Positions 12,945 through 26,840 of a stretch of DNA of 64,000 nt are shown here, piece after piece (the stretch's first letter is position 1; each line of letters starts with the position of its first letter). The DNA lies in assembly GCF_964355755.1 (NCBI RefSeq), contig NC_092673.1, forward strand, positions 27,215,648 to 27,279,647, written 5' to 3'. Both the position numbers and the translations under genes were made by a program. This DNA comes from Antedon mediterranea (Eukaryota > Animalia > Echinodermata). Under the pieces are notes generated by a model. It was not told the origin of the DNA, searched no databases, and was given only the letters and a program-made list of their open reading frames with translations.

Positions 12945-13845
12945 ACAATGTAGAAAAGTTTAACAACTTGTGGAGTGACATTTCTGTGATCATAACGAAT
13001 GGTTCCACATGTCTGTCCTTTTGTCATCCAACGTATTCATTACAAGGTATTCATTATTAACAGAATTTATTATTGAAAAGACTGAGTGATTATAGACAAA
13101 TGATTTGCTACAAAACAGCAGAGATCCGATGGAGGATTGGCAACGAAGCATACAGCTAAAGTATAAGCTAATTCAACTGCATAATGGGGCGTGCAATATA
13201 AATTGACAGTGAAAGATACACCATTGAGTCAACATGAATAAACCTGTTGTAGATTCAAGATTCATATCAACTATTTAATTTAGAAAATGTGTTATTATCT
13301 CTTCCCACCTAAACCGTAAAGACCTGTGAAGTACAGTAATTGCTATTAAAAAATGAATTTATTGTATTTGTTCACAATTCTTGATGTGAGATGTATGAAC
13401 TTTTAACACATGGTTTTTAAATACTATTTTTGAAGAAGAAAATAGACTACAATACTAACAAGAATGAGAACATTTTTTGTTATACAGTGTATTACAATAA
13501 TTATATTGAGGATATATGTGCATTTTTTCTACAATTTGACTAGAACATAGAGCAAGAACAACAATTAAAAACACATTTAAAAAAATTTTAATAAAAAATT
13601 GTCCTGTTTTGTATCAACATGTTAAAATAAACATCAATATGACTACACTTTTATTTTTCTTAACTGGCTACCCGTCACAAGTTTTTTTGGAGGGAGACTT
13701 TGAAGTTGTGTTAAATTTTAATTAGAGTTTTTGCCTCTTTATTATTAATACTTAAATATTTATTTTGTTACCTTAAAAGTAAAAAAAGAAATAAATTGAT
13801 TTTATTCAGTTCTCTTTTTAAAAAAATGAAAAGAAATCGCACAGG

Positions 13846-13951
13846 GGAAAAATGACTTGATCTTATCTGAAATATCTAAAACAGTTTAAACCATCTAAGG
13901 AAAAATGACTTGATCTTATCTGAAATATCTAAAACAGTTTAAACCATCTAA
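13846..13951. repeat. Perfect 53-bp tandem duplication
   Basis: GGAAAAATGACTTGATCTTATCTGAAATATCTAAAACAGTTTAAACCATCTAA occurs twice (13846, 13899). Confidence 0.95.
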
Positions 13952-14337
13952 ACTAAATACTGTATGTTCAAATTAAACATTATACAGACAGTCTTATTGC
14001 AGCAAGGCTAATCCAGGAACTTTGCAAATGAAACAATGCCAACAATAATTATATGAATTCTGTGGTTTTTTTTGTATAGTACTGTAATCCCTGATAGTCA
14101 CTTTGTATGCTGATGTACTATTTTACAAAATGGAGATGAGCATTGTAGTATTCTGTATATAGGTCACATCCAAGGATGTTTAGCAGGTGATGATACCACT
14201 TTAAAATTGGAACAAAAGTCATTTATTAATACACAAATAGAATGTAAATATTTATCAAAATATAACCCATAGTTACCACTTTCCTATAAATGTATTATAT
14301 TTAAAAGGATTGATTTTATTAATTATTATTTTCTTAA

Positions 14338-14655
14338 AGATGTATTGTCCCCTCAAAAACATGAAAAATGAAGATTAATTAAATCAGACTTTGAATAGGT
14401 TATTTTGAAGTTTTACACTTTTAAACACATAATGTTTTCACTTATAAAATAACATAATAAATGGTTAAATTCAACCAAAAATCCATTGGCTGGCAGCCAA
14501 TTTGACAATTTTTTTGCTTTAAATTACAGTTTTTTCAGGTAAATAAATTTTGTTTGGATCCAATTTTTGGTCAAAGTGGATAACTATTATGTGAAATTAA
14601 AATGGCATATTCAACAACAAAAATGTAACAATTATTTTTCAGGCGGACACTATCT
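14338..14655. mobile_element. MITE with TTAA flanks and AG...CT termini (Kolobok-like)
   Basis: Left end TTAA|AGATGTATTGTCCCCTCAAAAA; right end reverse-complemented TTAA|AGATAGTGTCCGCCTGAAAAA. Imperfect TIRs with TTAA on both sides. Confidence 0.6.
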
Positions 14656-15611
14656 TTAAAATAAACATAAGGTTAAAAAGTACACAGCATGGTCATAGGT
14701 GTATAATATGATCATGCTTAAAAGTTAAGTACATCAACTTACAATTATCTCTTCGTTATGTTTTCATAGCTACTGAGCGTAACTGATGCTAATCCATGCT
14801 AACTTAATAGTCATCAATAATTGGTTTCTGCTTAAACTTTTAATCAAACACTAATAGATTTAAAGTTGATGTTAGTAATTTAAATCCAGTAATACAACAA
14901 TGGTCCAAGTGTACAGTTTCTAAGTAAATATTCCAGATTACTAAAACCCTATACCATGTGGTGGTATTATTATATTGAGCATTTGTTGTTTGTAGTTATT
15001 AGTATGATATACAGTAGTTCTAGTTATATTGGTTAGTGAATCTCTATTATTCATTAAAGAACAGTACATATTAACGTTCAGGGGTGTAGTTAAATCTAGA
15101 AAATGGGTGTCAAAAACAGTCATGGGTGGATGGAACAAGGTTTCCCCCAATCCCCTCTGCCCAGCACAAATCCTTTAACATGTTTTTCATTTAATGAGTC
15201 AAACCTCAATATCAAAGCAGATGTAGGCCTAATAAATTGAGATTGATAGGCCTCCCTAATTGTATTAAAAAATGAGTTGATTTTCAAGTTTGTGAAAGAA
15301 AGTAAACACTATTTATGACAACAATAGGGCCTATATACTCAATATATGTAAACGCTTATTCTTCTAATTTCTAAATATTTTATCTATTTATTTTATTTTA
15401 CTACGAGACGTGAAAATACTATTGGGAGGTTTACATCTACACTCTCACTTGTACCATCCATGGACCCATAACTATATAATAGGTCCAAGCTGGTACATTG
15501 TAATTTGTCAAATAAACAAAACAGTATATTCTGTAGTGTAGCATGGCTGAACTGTCACTGTCAAAATCGAATTATTATATATCAAGACAAAACGTAATAT
15601 AGCCTACTCAC

Positions 15612-15830
15612 CAACATCGTCGTTTTGTTGGCTGGAAATTAAATTGAAGCACACAAAAAGAATGAATAAAGTCAGTTCCCCTCTCATCTTGAAAAGTTTT
15701 CCATAAAAAATACAAGAAAATTCCAAAATAAAAGCCCCAATCCCTGCAAAAGTACGAGGTCCTTGGTACACACCACCACACTTAAGATTGAAGGAAGCCT
15801 TTGAACTACCGCGACACGGTGGTCACTGTT
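15612..15830 (-). other. Candidate first exon/5' UTR of a host gene, ending ATG TTG | GTGAGT
   Basis: Minus strand CAACAAAACGACG-ATG-TTG|GTGAGTAG: consensus donor at 15611-15606 and ATG at 15617-15615. A slightly CpG-richer patch and Inr-like CAGT lie near 15827. No downstream exon identified. Confidence 0.3.
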
Positions 15831-16284
15831 TTGGGCAAAACCATTATTTCGTTCTTTCACGTTGTGGTAAATAAAAGTTCAAACAAAATACTTGAAAGTC
15901 GGGCATTTTATAAGTGGAGCATTATATTGTCTAGAAGTGGACATCATAAAAGATAAATAAATGGGCGGATTTTGATGACAATTTAAATTAGAAGAAATAA
16001 AAACATTTTTATGTAAAACACAAATTTAGATAATGGAATCGTCCAATACAAGGTTAGTGTAATTTGAATGAGGGATACGAGGGATATGTTCACCCACACG
16101 GCGTAAGCCTTGCTTACTTACCGCATAGAGATATGCTTACCGGAGTGAGGATTTCTTAATACATTGTTGCCAAAGCATGCAATATTCTTTCGATTACGAT
16201 ATTTCAACAGAACAAAATTATAAAATACAAACAGCACGAGAGCCACACACAAAAGCCTAATTTTAATATGTTTACAATTCATAA

Positions 16285-17809
16285 CTAGACATGTAACTCG
16301 TCACTTTGACGAGTTTGGTTATCCGCCGCGCAAGTGGTGCAACATTAACATTAAGGGGATAGGTTGAGGACAAAAGGAAGTGTTCACGTTGGCATTATGA
16401 CCTGAACTGAAGAATATGATATGTTGTTATTGCTGAAATTTATTGTTTAAATTCATATATACTGTAGTATACACAGTATAATCTGTATCCATATCACATA
16501 CAGTGTAGAATAGGTGAAATTACGGGACCCGCTATTTATTGCAATTTTTAACATGTTGACGGTTTTAAAATGAAACGCGAAGGTAGCAATTCCGAAAGGA
16601 AATTATCTCAGCAACAACGTATTAGCATGTAGAAGAAATTTGAATACGTGAAATATTGATGCGCGCTCGTTTAAATGTAATGAATTATGACGCAAAAGAT
16701 GAAAATACGACCTTTTTTATTTAACTGGCCATATGATGACGTCACAACATCCGATTGGCAACATTTTTACATAATTTCGTATCTACAGTCCAATAGCTTC
16801 CAGAAAAAGTTTTAATCGTGATTATCACATTTTATTCTTACGAGCTATAACAGATTAAAATTTACTGTAAAGATGAAATTAATGCCACACGTGATTTAAA
16901 TTTTTAAGCACGATGACGTAAAAAAAATTAAAATATTTTTAACTCATGCGAAAGATAGTTGATTGACCTAGACAATATCAAAATCGGGGTGAAAATGGAA
17001 AACGAATAAGTGGAGATGCGCTCTATTCAATGTGATGAGCTATGACGAAAGATACAAAATCCTAAATTTTATATTTGCGTGGCCATACGATGACATCACA
17101 ATGTCCGGTTAGCCATATTAATACCTGATCCAATATCTACAACTCATCTACTTCCAGAAAATGCCATCCACAAAAAGTTGACCGTTTAGTTTAGAAATTA
17201 CGACTGTTTTAAAAAAGGCATATTTTAAACGAATTTTTTAACGTTTTCATAAAAAACGCGCGCAAATTGTCCAATTCGACGTGCTCGTATGACGTATCTT
17301 TAAGTCAAAATTGTTTAAAATTTGGTAAAATTACTAGAAAAGGCTGGAAAAACATAAATCACGCGAAAAAAATACGTTTTCAATGCTACGTGCGCTCCGC
17401 ACACGTAAAAATGTGCGCATGCGTGGGAATTTTTGACATGCTTAAACCGACATGAAACGCGTAGAAAGTTGATTAGAAATTAATTTTGCGCATTTTGAAA
17501 TTTTAAATGCGCGTGCGCGCGTAACTTTGTGTAAAACACGCAATTTTTTTTCAACAGAAGGTTAGCGCATGATATAAATTAAACTTTTGCAAAGTTTCAC
17601 TTTAAAATGTTATTTGGTTTTCGACATATGTTAAATACGAGAAAATCGTTAAATCGCGCGTACGTCACGTTGCGCGATTGTAAACATCATGAAAAGCTTC
17701 GCTTGACGACGTTACATAAATGTCAAAATGTTAACATAGTTAACAAAATGTTATGTTTGCAAGTTTTAGAGAAAAGCGTTACACAAAAATCATACAGAAA
17801 GAAAGAAGA
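16285..17809 (-). mobile_element. E5, subfamily C, interrupted; outermost element of cluster 2
   Basis: Tail ...GACGAGTTTGGTTATCCGCCGCG abuts unique DNA at CATAA|CTAG; linker seems to resume as TTAAGA at 20994-20999. Confidence 0.85.
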
Positions 17810-19320
17810 CTAGACATGAAACTCGTCACTTTGACGAGTTAGTTATCCGCACGACAAACGCCACGAGCACGTCATACGTTGGAATATTGCACACGGAAAA
17901 AGATTATGGCATTATGACCTGAACTGAAGACTATGATATGTTGTTATTGCTGAATTCTATTATTTTGATTCATATATAGTATACACAGTGTAATCTGTAT
18001 ACATATCACATACAGTGTAGAATAGGGGAAATTACGGGACCCGCTATTTATTGCAATTTTTAACATGTTGACGGTTTTAAAATGAAACGCGAAGGTAGCA
18101 ATTTTGGAAGGAAATTATCTCAGCAACAACATATTAACGTGTAGAAGAAATTTGAATACGTGAAATATTAATGCGCGCTCTTTTAAATGTAATGAACTAT
18201 GACGCAAAAGATGAAAATACGACTTTTTTTATTTAACTGGCCATATGATGACGTCACCACATCCGATTGGCAAAATGTTCACATGATTTTGTATCTACAT
18301 TCCAATAGCTTCAAGAAAACGTTTTAATCGTGATTATCACATTTTATTCTTACGAGCTATAACAGATTGAAATTTACTGTAAAGATGAAATTAATGCCAC
18401 ACGTAATTTAAATTTTTAGGCATGATGACGTCATAAAAATTAAAATATTTTCAACTCATGCTAAAGATAGTTGATTGACCTAGACAATATCAAAATCGGG
18501 GTGAAAATGGAAAACGGATAAGTGGAGATGCCCTCTATTAAATGTGAGGAGTTATGACGAAAGATACAAAAATCCTAAATTTCATATTCGCGTGGCCATA
18601 CGATGACGTCACAATGTCCGGTTAGCCATATTAATGCATGATCTGATATCTACAACTCATCAACTTCCAGAATATGTAATAAAAATAATTTTTACCATTT
18701 AGTTTAGAAACTACGATTGTTTAAAAAAAGGCTTAATTTTGACGAATTTTTGAAGTTTTTCATCAAACAAGCTCGCAAATTATCATATTCTACGTGCTCG
18801 TATGACGTAATTTGAAGTCGAAATTATTTAAAAGTTGGTAAAATTACTAGAAAAGGCTGGAAAAACATAAATCACTCGAAAAAATGACGTTTTTAACGCT
18901 ACGTGTGCACCACGCGCGTAAAAATTTGCGCACGTGTGGGAATTTTTGACATGCTCAAAATGACGTGAAACGCGTATAAAGTTGATTAGAAATTGATTTT
19001 TCGCATTGGAAAATTTTAAACGCGCGTGCGCGCGTAACTTTGTGTAAAACATGCCATTTTTAGTGCACAAAAAGTTAGCGCATGATATAAATTAGACTTT
19101 TGCTAAGTTTCAATTTAAATTGTTATATGGTTTTCGATCTATGTTAAATACGCGAAATTCATAAAAACGCGCGTAAGTCATGTTGCGCAACTCTGACGTC
19201 ATTCAATTATAGGAAAGCACAACTTCACGTGATTGCCCATATGTTGACAAAGTTATAAAATGTTAACTTTACACGTTTTAGAGATACGCTCTGCACAAAA
19301 ATGACAGAAAGAAAGAAGAA
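17810..19320 (-). mobile_element. E6, subfamily A, interrupted by E7
   Basis: Ends GAAAGAAGAA|CTAG; resumes TAATACAG-An-head at 20909-20993. Confidence 0.88.
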
Positions 19321-20908
19321 CTAGACATGAAACTCGTCACTTTGACGAGTTAGTTATCCGCTCGACAAACGCCACGTGCACGTCATACGTTACAATATTG
19401 CGCACAGAAAAATATTAAGGCATTATGACCTGAACTGAAGAATATGATATGTTGTTATTTCTGAATTCTGTTATTTTGTGTCATATAGTATACACAGTAC
19501 AATCTGTATACATATCACAAACAGTGTAAAATAGGTGAAATTACGGGACCCGTATTTTATTGTAATTTTTAACATCTTGACGGTTTCAAAATGAAATGCA
19601 AAAGTAGAAATTTCAGAATGAAATTATCTCAGCAACAACATATTAACGTGTAGAAGAAATTTGAATACGTGAAATATTGATGCGCGCTCTTTTAAATGTA
19701 ATGAAATATAATGCAAAAGATGAAAATACGACTTTTTTTATTTAACTGGCCATATGATGACGTCACAACATTCAATTGGCACAATTTACACATGATTTTG
19801 TATCTACAATACAATAGCTTCCTGAAAACGTTTTAATCGTGATTATCACATTTTATTCTTACGAGGTATAACAGATTAAAATTTACTGTAAAGATGAAAT
19901 TAATGACCAACGTAATTTAAATTTTTAGGCATGATGACGTTAAAAAAATTAAAAAAATTTTAATTCATGCAAAAGATAGTTGATTGACCTAGAATATATT
20001 AAAATCGGGGTGAAAATAGACAACGAATAAGTGGAGATGCGCTCTATTAAATGTGATGAGCTATGACGAAAGAGACAAAAATCCTATATTTTATATTCGC
20101 GTGGCCATACGATGACGTCACAATGTCCGGTTACCCATATTAATGCATGATCCGATATCTACAACTCATCAACTTCCAGAATATGTAATTAAAAAAAAGT
20201 TCTCCATGTAGTTTAGAATCTATGACTGTTTAAAAATAGGCATAATTTTGACAAATTTTTGAACTTTTTCACCAAAAACGCGTGCAAATTATGTAATTCG
20301 ACGTGCTCGTATGACGTAATTTTAAGTCGAAATTGTTTAAAAGTTGGTAACATTACTAGAAAAGGCTGAAAAAACATAAATCACGCGAAAAAAATATGTT
20401 TTTAACGCTACGTGTGCACCGCGTGCGTAAAAATTTTCGCGCGCGTGGGAATTTTTGACATGCTCAAAATGACATGAAACGCATAGAAAGTTGATTAGAA
20501 GTTGATTTTTCGCATCCTAAAATTTTAAACGCACGTACGCGCGTAACTTTTTGTGAAACATGCTATTTTTAATCCATAGAAAGTTTGCGCTTGATATGAC
20601 TTAAATTTTCACAAAGTGTCAAAACAAAATTATGTTTGGTTTTTAGTCTATGATCAATCATTGAAATTCATAAAATCGCGCGTACGTCACGTTGCGCAAC
20701 TCTGACGTCATTCAAAAATATAGGAGGTGCACAAGTTCACGTAAATGTCGATGTGTTGACAAAGTTACGATATGTTCTGTTTACACGTTTTAGAGAAACG
20801 CGACGCACAAAAATGACAGAAAGAAAGAAGTATAATACAGAAAAAAAAAAAAAATTTGATGAAACAGGACGATTACAAGGAGTTATCCGCTACTAAGCGG
20901 ATAACTAA
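19321..20908 (-). mobile_element. E7, subfamily A, complete
   Basis: Near-identical to E1. Confidence 0.88.
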
Positions 20909-20993
20909 TAATACAGAAAAAAAAAAAAAAAAAAAAAAAGATGATGAAACAGGACAGTTACAAGGAGTTATCCGCCATAGTGCGGATAACTAA
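20909..20993 (-). repeat. Displaced linker and head of E6
   Basis: TAATACAG-An-GATGATGAAACAGGACAGTTACAAGGAGTTATCCGCCATAGTGCGGATAACTAA. Confidence 0.8.
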
Positions 20994-20999
20994 TTAAGA

Positions 21000-22529
21000 C
21001 TAGACATGTAACTCGTCACTTTGACGAGTTAGTTATCCGCACGACAAACGCCACGTGCACATCATACGTTAGAATATTGCACACAGAAAAAAATTATGGC
21101 ATTATGACCTGATCTGAAGAATATGATATGTTGTTAGTGCTGAATTCTGTCAATTTTGTGTCATATAGTATATACAAGAAAACAGTATAATCTGTATACA
21201 TGTTACATACAGTGTAGAAGAGGTGAAATTACGGGACCCGCCATTTATTCAAATTTGTAACATGGCCACGGTATCAAGATGAAACACTAAGATAGCAATT
21301 TCGGAAGGAAATTATCTCAGCAACAACATATTAACGTGTAGAAGAAATTTGAATACCTTTAATATTGATGCGCGCTCTTTTAAATATAATGAACTATGAC
21401 GAAAAATATGAAAATACGACTTTTTTTATTCAACTGGCCATATGATGACGTCACAAGATCCGATTGGGAAAATGTTTACATAAATTCGTATCTACAATCC
21501 AATAGCTTCCAGAAAACGTTTTAATCATGATTATCACGTTTTATTCTGACGAGCTATAACAGATTGAAATTTACTGTAAGGACGAAAATAAGTGACCCAC
21601 GTTATTTACATTTTTATACATGATGACGTCATAAATATTAAAATATTTTTAACTCATACGAAAGATAGTTGATTGACCTAGATAATATAAAAATCGGGGT
21701 AAAAATGGAAAACAGATAATTGGAAATGCGCTCTATTAAATGTCATGCGCTATGATGAAAGATACAAAAATCCTATATTTTATATTCGCGTGGGCATACG
21801 GTGACGTCACAATGTCCGGTTAGCCATATTAATGCATGATTCAAAATCTACAACTCATCAACTTTCAGAATATGCAATAAAAATAACTTTCACCGTTTAG
21901 TTTAGGAACTATAACTGTTTAAAAAAGGGCATAATTTTGACAAATTTTGACGACTTTTTGAACTTTTTCATCAAAAATGCACGTAAATTATCCAATTCGA
22001 CGTGCCCGTATGACGTAATTTTAAGTCGAAATTGTTCAAAAGTTGGTAAAATTACTAGAAAAGGCTGGAAAAACATAAATCACGCGAAAAAAATGGTTTT
22101 CAACGCTACGTGCGCACCGCACGCGTAAAAAAATGCGCGTACGTGGGAATTTTTTACATGCTCAAAATGACATGAAACGCGTAGAAAGTTGATTAGAAAT
22201 TGATTTTTCCCATTTTGAAATTTTAAACGCGCGTGCGCGCGTAACTTCCTGTGAAACATGCCATTTTTTTTCACATTCTGTTAGCGCAAGATATCAATTA
22301 AACTTTCGTTAAGTTTCAATTTAAATTGCTATATGGTTTTCAATCTATGTTAAAAATGCGAAATTCGTAAAAACGCGCGTAAGTCATGTTGCGCAACTCT
22401 GACGTAATTCAAAAATAGGAGGTGCACAACTTCACCTGAATGCCCTCATGCTGACAAAGTTATAACATATTATGTTTACACGTTTTTGAGATACGCGAGA
22501 CACAAAAATAGAGGAGAAAGAAAGAAAAA
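21000..22529 (-). mobile_element. E8, subfamily A, interrupted
   Basis: A-type tail; ends GAAAGAAAAA|CTAG. Confidence 0.85.
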
Positions 22530-23866
22530 CTAGACATGAAACTCGTCACTTTGACGAGTTAGTTATCCGCACGACAAACGCCACGTGCACGTGATACGTT
22601 AGAATATTGCACACAGAAAAGGATTATGGCATTATGACCTGAACTGAAGAATATGATATGTTGTTATTGCTGAATTCTGTTATTTTGTGTCATATAGTAT
22701 ATACAATATAATCTGTATACATCATACAGTGTAGAATAGGTGAAATTACGGGACCCCTCCGTTTATTCCTATTTTTAACATGGCGACGGTATCAAAATGA
22801 AAAACTAAGACAGCAATTTGGGAAGGAAATTATCTCAGTAACAACATATTAACGTGCAGAAGAAATTTGAATACGTAAAATATTGATGCACGCTCTTTTA
22901 AATGTAATGAATTATGACGCAAAAGATGAAAATACGACTTTTCTTATTTAACTGGCCATATGATGACGTCACAACATTCTAATGGCAAAATGTTTACATG
23001 ATTTTGTATCTACAATCCAATAGCTTCCAGAAAACGTTTTAATCGTGATTATCACATTATATTCTTACGAGCTATAACAGATTAAAATTTACTGGAAAGA
23101 TGAAATTAATGACCCACGTAATTTAAATTTTTAGGCATGATGACGTCATAAAAATTAAAATATTTTTAACTCATGCGAAAGATAGTTGATTGAACTAGAC
23201 AATATTAACATCTCGGAAAAAATGGAAGACGGATAAGCGTGATGCGCTCCATTGAATGTGATGAGCAATAACGAAAGAGACAAAAATCCTATATTTTACA
23301 TTCGTGTGGCCATACGATGACATCACAAAATCCGTAAGGACAAAATTCTGCGTGAATTCATATCTACAACATATCTGCTTACATATTAAGTTAAAAAAAT
23401 CGGGGGTAACGGTTGATCCTGAGGAGCTATAACAGATTCAAAATAGGCATAATTTTGACAATATTTTGTAACTTTTGCAACTAAAACGCACGCAAATGGT
23501 CTAAATCAACGTGTACGTATGACGTCATTTTAATTTGAAATGATGTCAATCTTTTTAAAACTGACTAGGAAAGGCTGGAAAATCACAATTTAATAGAAAA
23601 AAACATGATTTTCTTTCTGCGTGCGCACCGCACACCCAAAATTGTTCGCGCGCGCGGGAAATTTTGACATGCGCAAAATGTCATGAATGGCGTAAAAAGT
23701 TGATTAGAAATTAATTTTGCGCATTTTAAAATTTTAAATGCGCGTGCGCGCGTAACTTCTTGTAAAACATGCCATTTTCAATCGACAGAAAGTTTGCCCT
23801 TGATATGACTTAAATTTTCACAAAGTGAGACACAAAAATGGGGGAGAAAGAAATAAGAAAAAAAAA
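22530..23866 (-). mobile_element. E9, subfamily A with D-like middle module, deletion near 23825, interrupted
   Basis: CAAAGTG|AGACAC junction; probable head at 25260-25312. Confidence 0.83.
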
Positions 23867-25259
23867 CTAGACATGAAACTCGTCACTTTGACGAGTTAGT
23901 TATCCGCACGACAAACGCCACGTGCACGTCATACTCGTTGGAATTTTGCACACAGAAAAAGATAATGGCATTATGACCTGATCTGATCTGAAGAATATGA
24001 TATGTTGTTAGTGCTGAATTCTGTCAATTTTGTATCATAGTATCAGTATAAACAGTATAATCTGTATACATATTACATACAGTGTAGAATAGGTGAAATT
24101 ACGGGACCCGTCATTTATACCATTTTTTAACATGGCGACGGTATCAAAATGAAACACTAAAATAACAATTTCGGAAGGATATTATCTCAGCAACAACATA
24201 TTAACCTGTAGAAGAAATTTGGATACGTGAAATATAGATGCGCGCTCTTTTAAATGTGATGAACTATGACGCAAAATATAAAAATACAACTTTTTTTATT
24301 CAACTGGCCATATGATGACGTCACTACATCTGAAAGATAGTTGATTGACCTAGACAATGTTAAAATCTCGGTGAAAATGGAAGATGGATAAGCGTGATGC
24401 GCTCCATTGAATGTGATGAGCAATAACTAAAGAGACAAAAATCCTATATTTTACATTTGTGTGGCCATATGATGACGTCACAACATCCGTGAAGAAAAAA
24501 TTCTGCATGAATTCATATCTACAACATAACTGCTTTCATATTAAATTAAAAAAATCAGGGGTAACGGTTGATCCTGAGGAGCTATAATAGATTCAAAATA
24601 GGCATAATTTTGACAATATTTTGTAACTTTTGCAACTACAACGCACGCAAATGGTCTAAATCAACGTGTACGTATGACGTCATTTTAATTTGAAATGATG
24701 TTAATCTTTTTAAAAATGACTAGGAAAGGCTGGAAAATCACAATTTAATAGAAAAAAACATGATTTTCATGCTGCGTGCGCACTGCACGTGTAAAATTGT
24801 TCGCGTGCGCGGGAAATTTTGACATGCGCAAAATGTCATGAATGGCGTAAAAAGTTGATTAGAAATTAATTTTGCGCATTTTAAAATTTTAAATGCGCGT
24901 GCGCGCGTAACTTCTTGTAAAACATGCCATTTTTAATCAACAGAAAGATTGCCCTTGATATGACTTAAATTTTCAGAAATTGTAAAAAAAAAAATTATGC
25001 TTGGTTTTTAATCTAAGATCAATCATAAAAAATCATAAAATCGCGCGTAAGTCACGTTGCGCAACTCTGACGTCATTCAAAATAGGAGGTGCACAACTTC
25101 ACATAAATGCCCATGTTTTGACAAAGTTATGAAATGTTATGTTTACCCATTTCAGAGAAACGCGTCTCACAAAAAGGAAGGAAAGAAAGAAGAATAATAC
25201 AGAAAAATATTGATCCAATACAATCACAAGGAGTTATCCGCTACTAAGCGGATAACTAA
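23867..25259 (-). mobile_element. E10, subfamily A, both ends present, internal deletion near 24332
   Basis: CATCTGA|AAGATAG junction; head ends GCGGATAACTAA at 25259. Confidence 0.85.
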
Positions 25260-25312
25260 AAAAAGTAACAGGACGATTACAAGGAGTTATCCGCTGCTAT
25301 GCGGATAACTAA
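25260..25312 (-). repeat. Displaced A-type head (probably E9)
   Basis: AAAAAGTAACAGGACGATTACAAGGAGTTATCCGCTGCTATGCGGATAACTAA. Confidence 0.75.
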
Positions 25313-26840
25313 CTAGACATGAAACTCGTCACATTGACGAGTTAGTTATCCGCACCACGACAAACGCCACGTGCACGTCATACGTTGGAATATTGCACAC
25401 AGATAAAGATTATGGCATTATGACAAGAACTGAAGAATATGATATGCTGTTAGTGCTGAATTCTGTCAATTTTGTGTCATATAGTATATACATGCAAACA
25501 GTATAATCTGTATACATATTACATACAGTGTAGAATAGGTGAAATTACGGGACCCGCCATTTATTCCAATTTTTAACATGGCGACGGTATCAAAATGAAA
25601 CACTTGGATAGCAATTTCAGAAGGAAATTATCTCAGGAACAACATATTAACGTGTAGAAGAAATTTGAATACGTAAAATATAGATGCGTACCCTTTTAAA
25701 TGTGATGAACTATTACGCAAAATATGAAAATACGTCTTTTTTTATTCAACTGGCCATATGATGACGTCACAACATCCGATTGGCAAAATGTTTACATGAA
25801 TTCGTATCTACAATCCAATAGCTTCCAGAAAACGTTTTAATCGTGATTATCACATTTTATTCTGATGAGCTATAACAGATTAAAATTTACTGTAAAGATA
25901 AATATAAGTGACCCACGTTATTTACATTTTTAGACATGATGACGTCATAAAAATTTAAAAAAAATTTACTCATGCGTAAAATAGTAGATTGACCTAGAAA
26001 ATGTCAAAATCTGGGTTAAAATGGAATACGTATAAGTGGAGAGGCGCTCTATTAAATGAGATGCGCTATGACGAAAGATACAAAAATCCTATATTTTACA
26101 TTCGTGTGGCCATACGATGACGTCATAACTTCCGAGAGGTAAAAATTCTGCATGAATTTATATCTACAATTTATCTTCTTGCATAATAAGTTAAAACAAA
26201 TTGGGGTCACCTTTGATCCTGACGAGCTATAATAGATTCAAAATAGGCATAATTTTGACAATATTTTGTCACTTTTGCAACTAAAACGCATGCAAATGGT
26301 CTAAATCAACGTGTACGTATGACGTCATTTTAACTTGAAATGATGTCAATCTTGTTTAAAATGACTACGAAAGGCTGGACACTCAAAATTCCAGAAAAAA
26401 ACATGGTTTTCATACTCCGTGCGCCCCTTACGCGTAAATTTTTTCGCGCGCGTGGGAATTTTTGACATGCTTAAAATGTCATGATCAGCGTAGAAAGTTG
26501 ATTAGAAATTAATTTTGCGCATTTTGAAATTTTAAATGCGCGTGTGCGCGTAACTTCTTGTAAAACATGCCATTTTTAATCCATAGAAAATTTGCACTTG
26601 ATATGACTTAAATTTTCACAAAGTGTCAAAACAAAATTACGTTTGGTTTTTAATCTATGGTCAATCATAAAAAATCATAAAATCGCGCGTAAGTCACGTT
26701 GCGCAACTCTGACGTCATTCAAAAATAGGAGGTGCACAACTTCACGTATATGCCCATATGTTGACAAAGTTATGAAATGTTATGTTTACAAGTTTTTGAG
26801 ATACGTGAGACACAAAAATGGGGGAGAAAGAAATAAGAAA
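25313..26840 (-). mobile_element. E11, subfamily A, interrupted
   Basis: Tail loop variant CATT; similar to E3 and E40; ends ATAAGAAA|CTAG. Confidence 0.85.

Noticed and set aside
12744-12953. TLYH-repeat protein
   Set aside because: Translation artefact of the 12-bp minisatellite.
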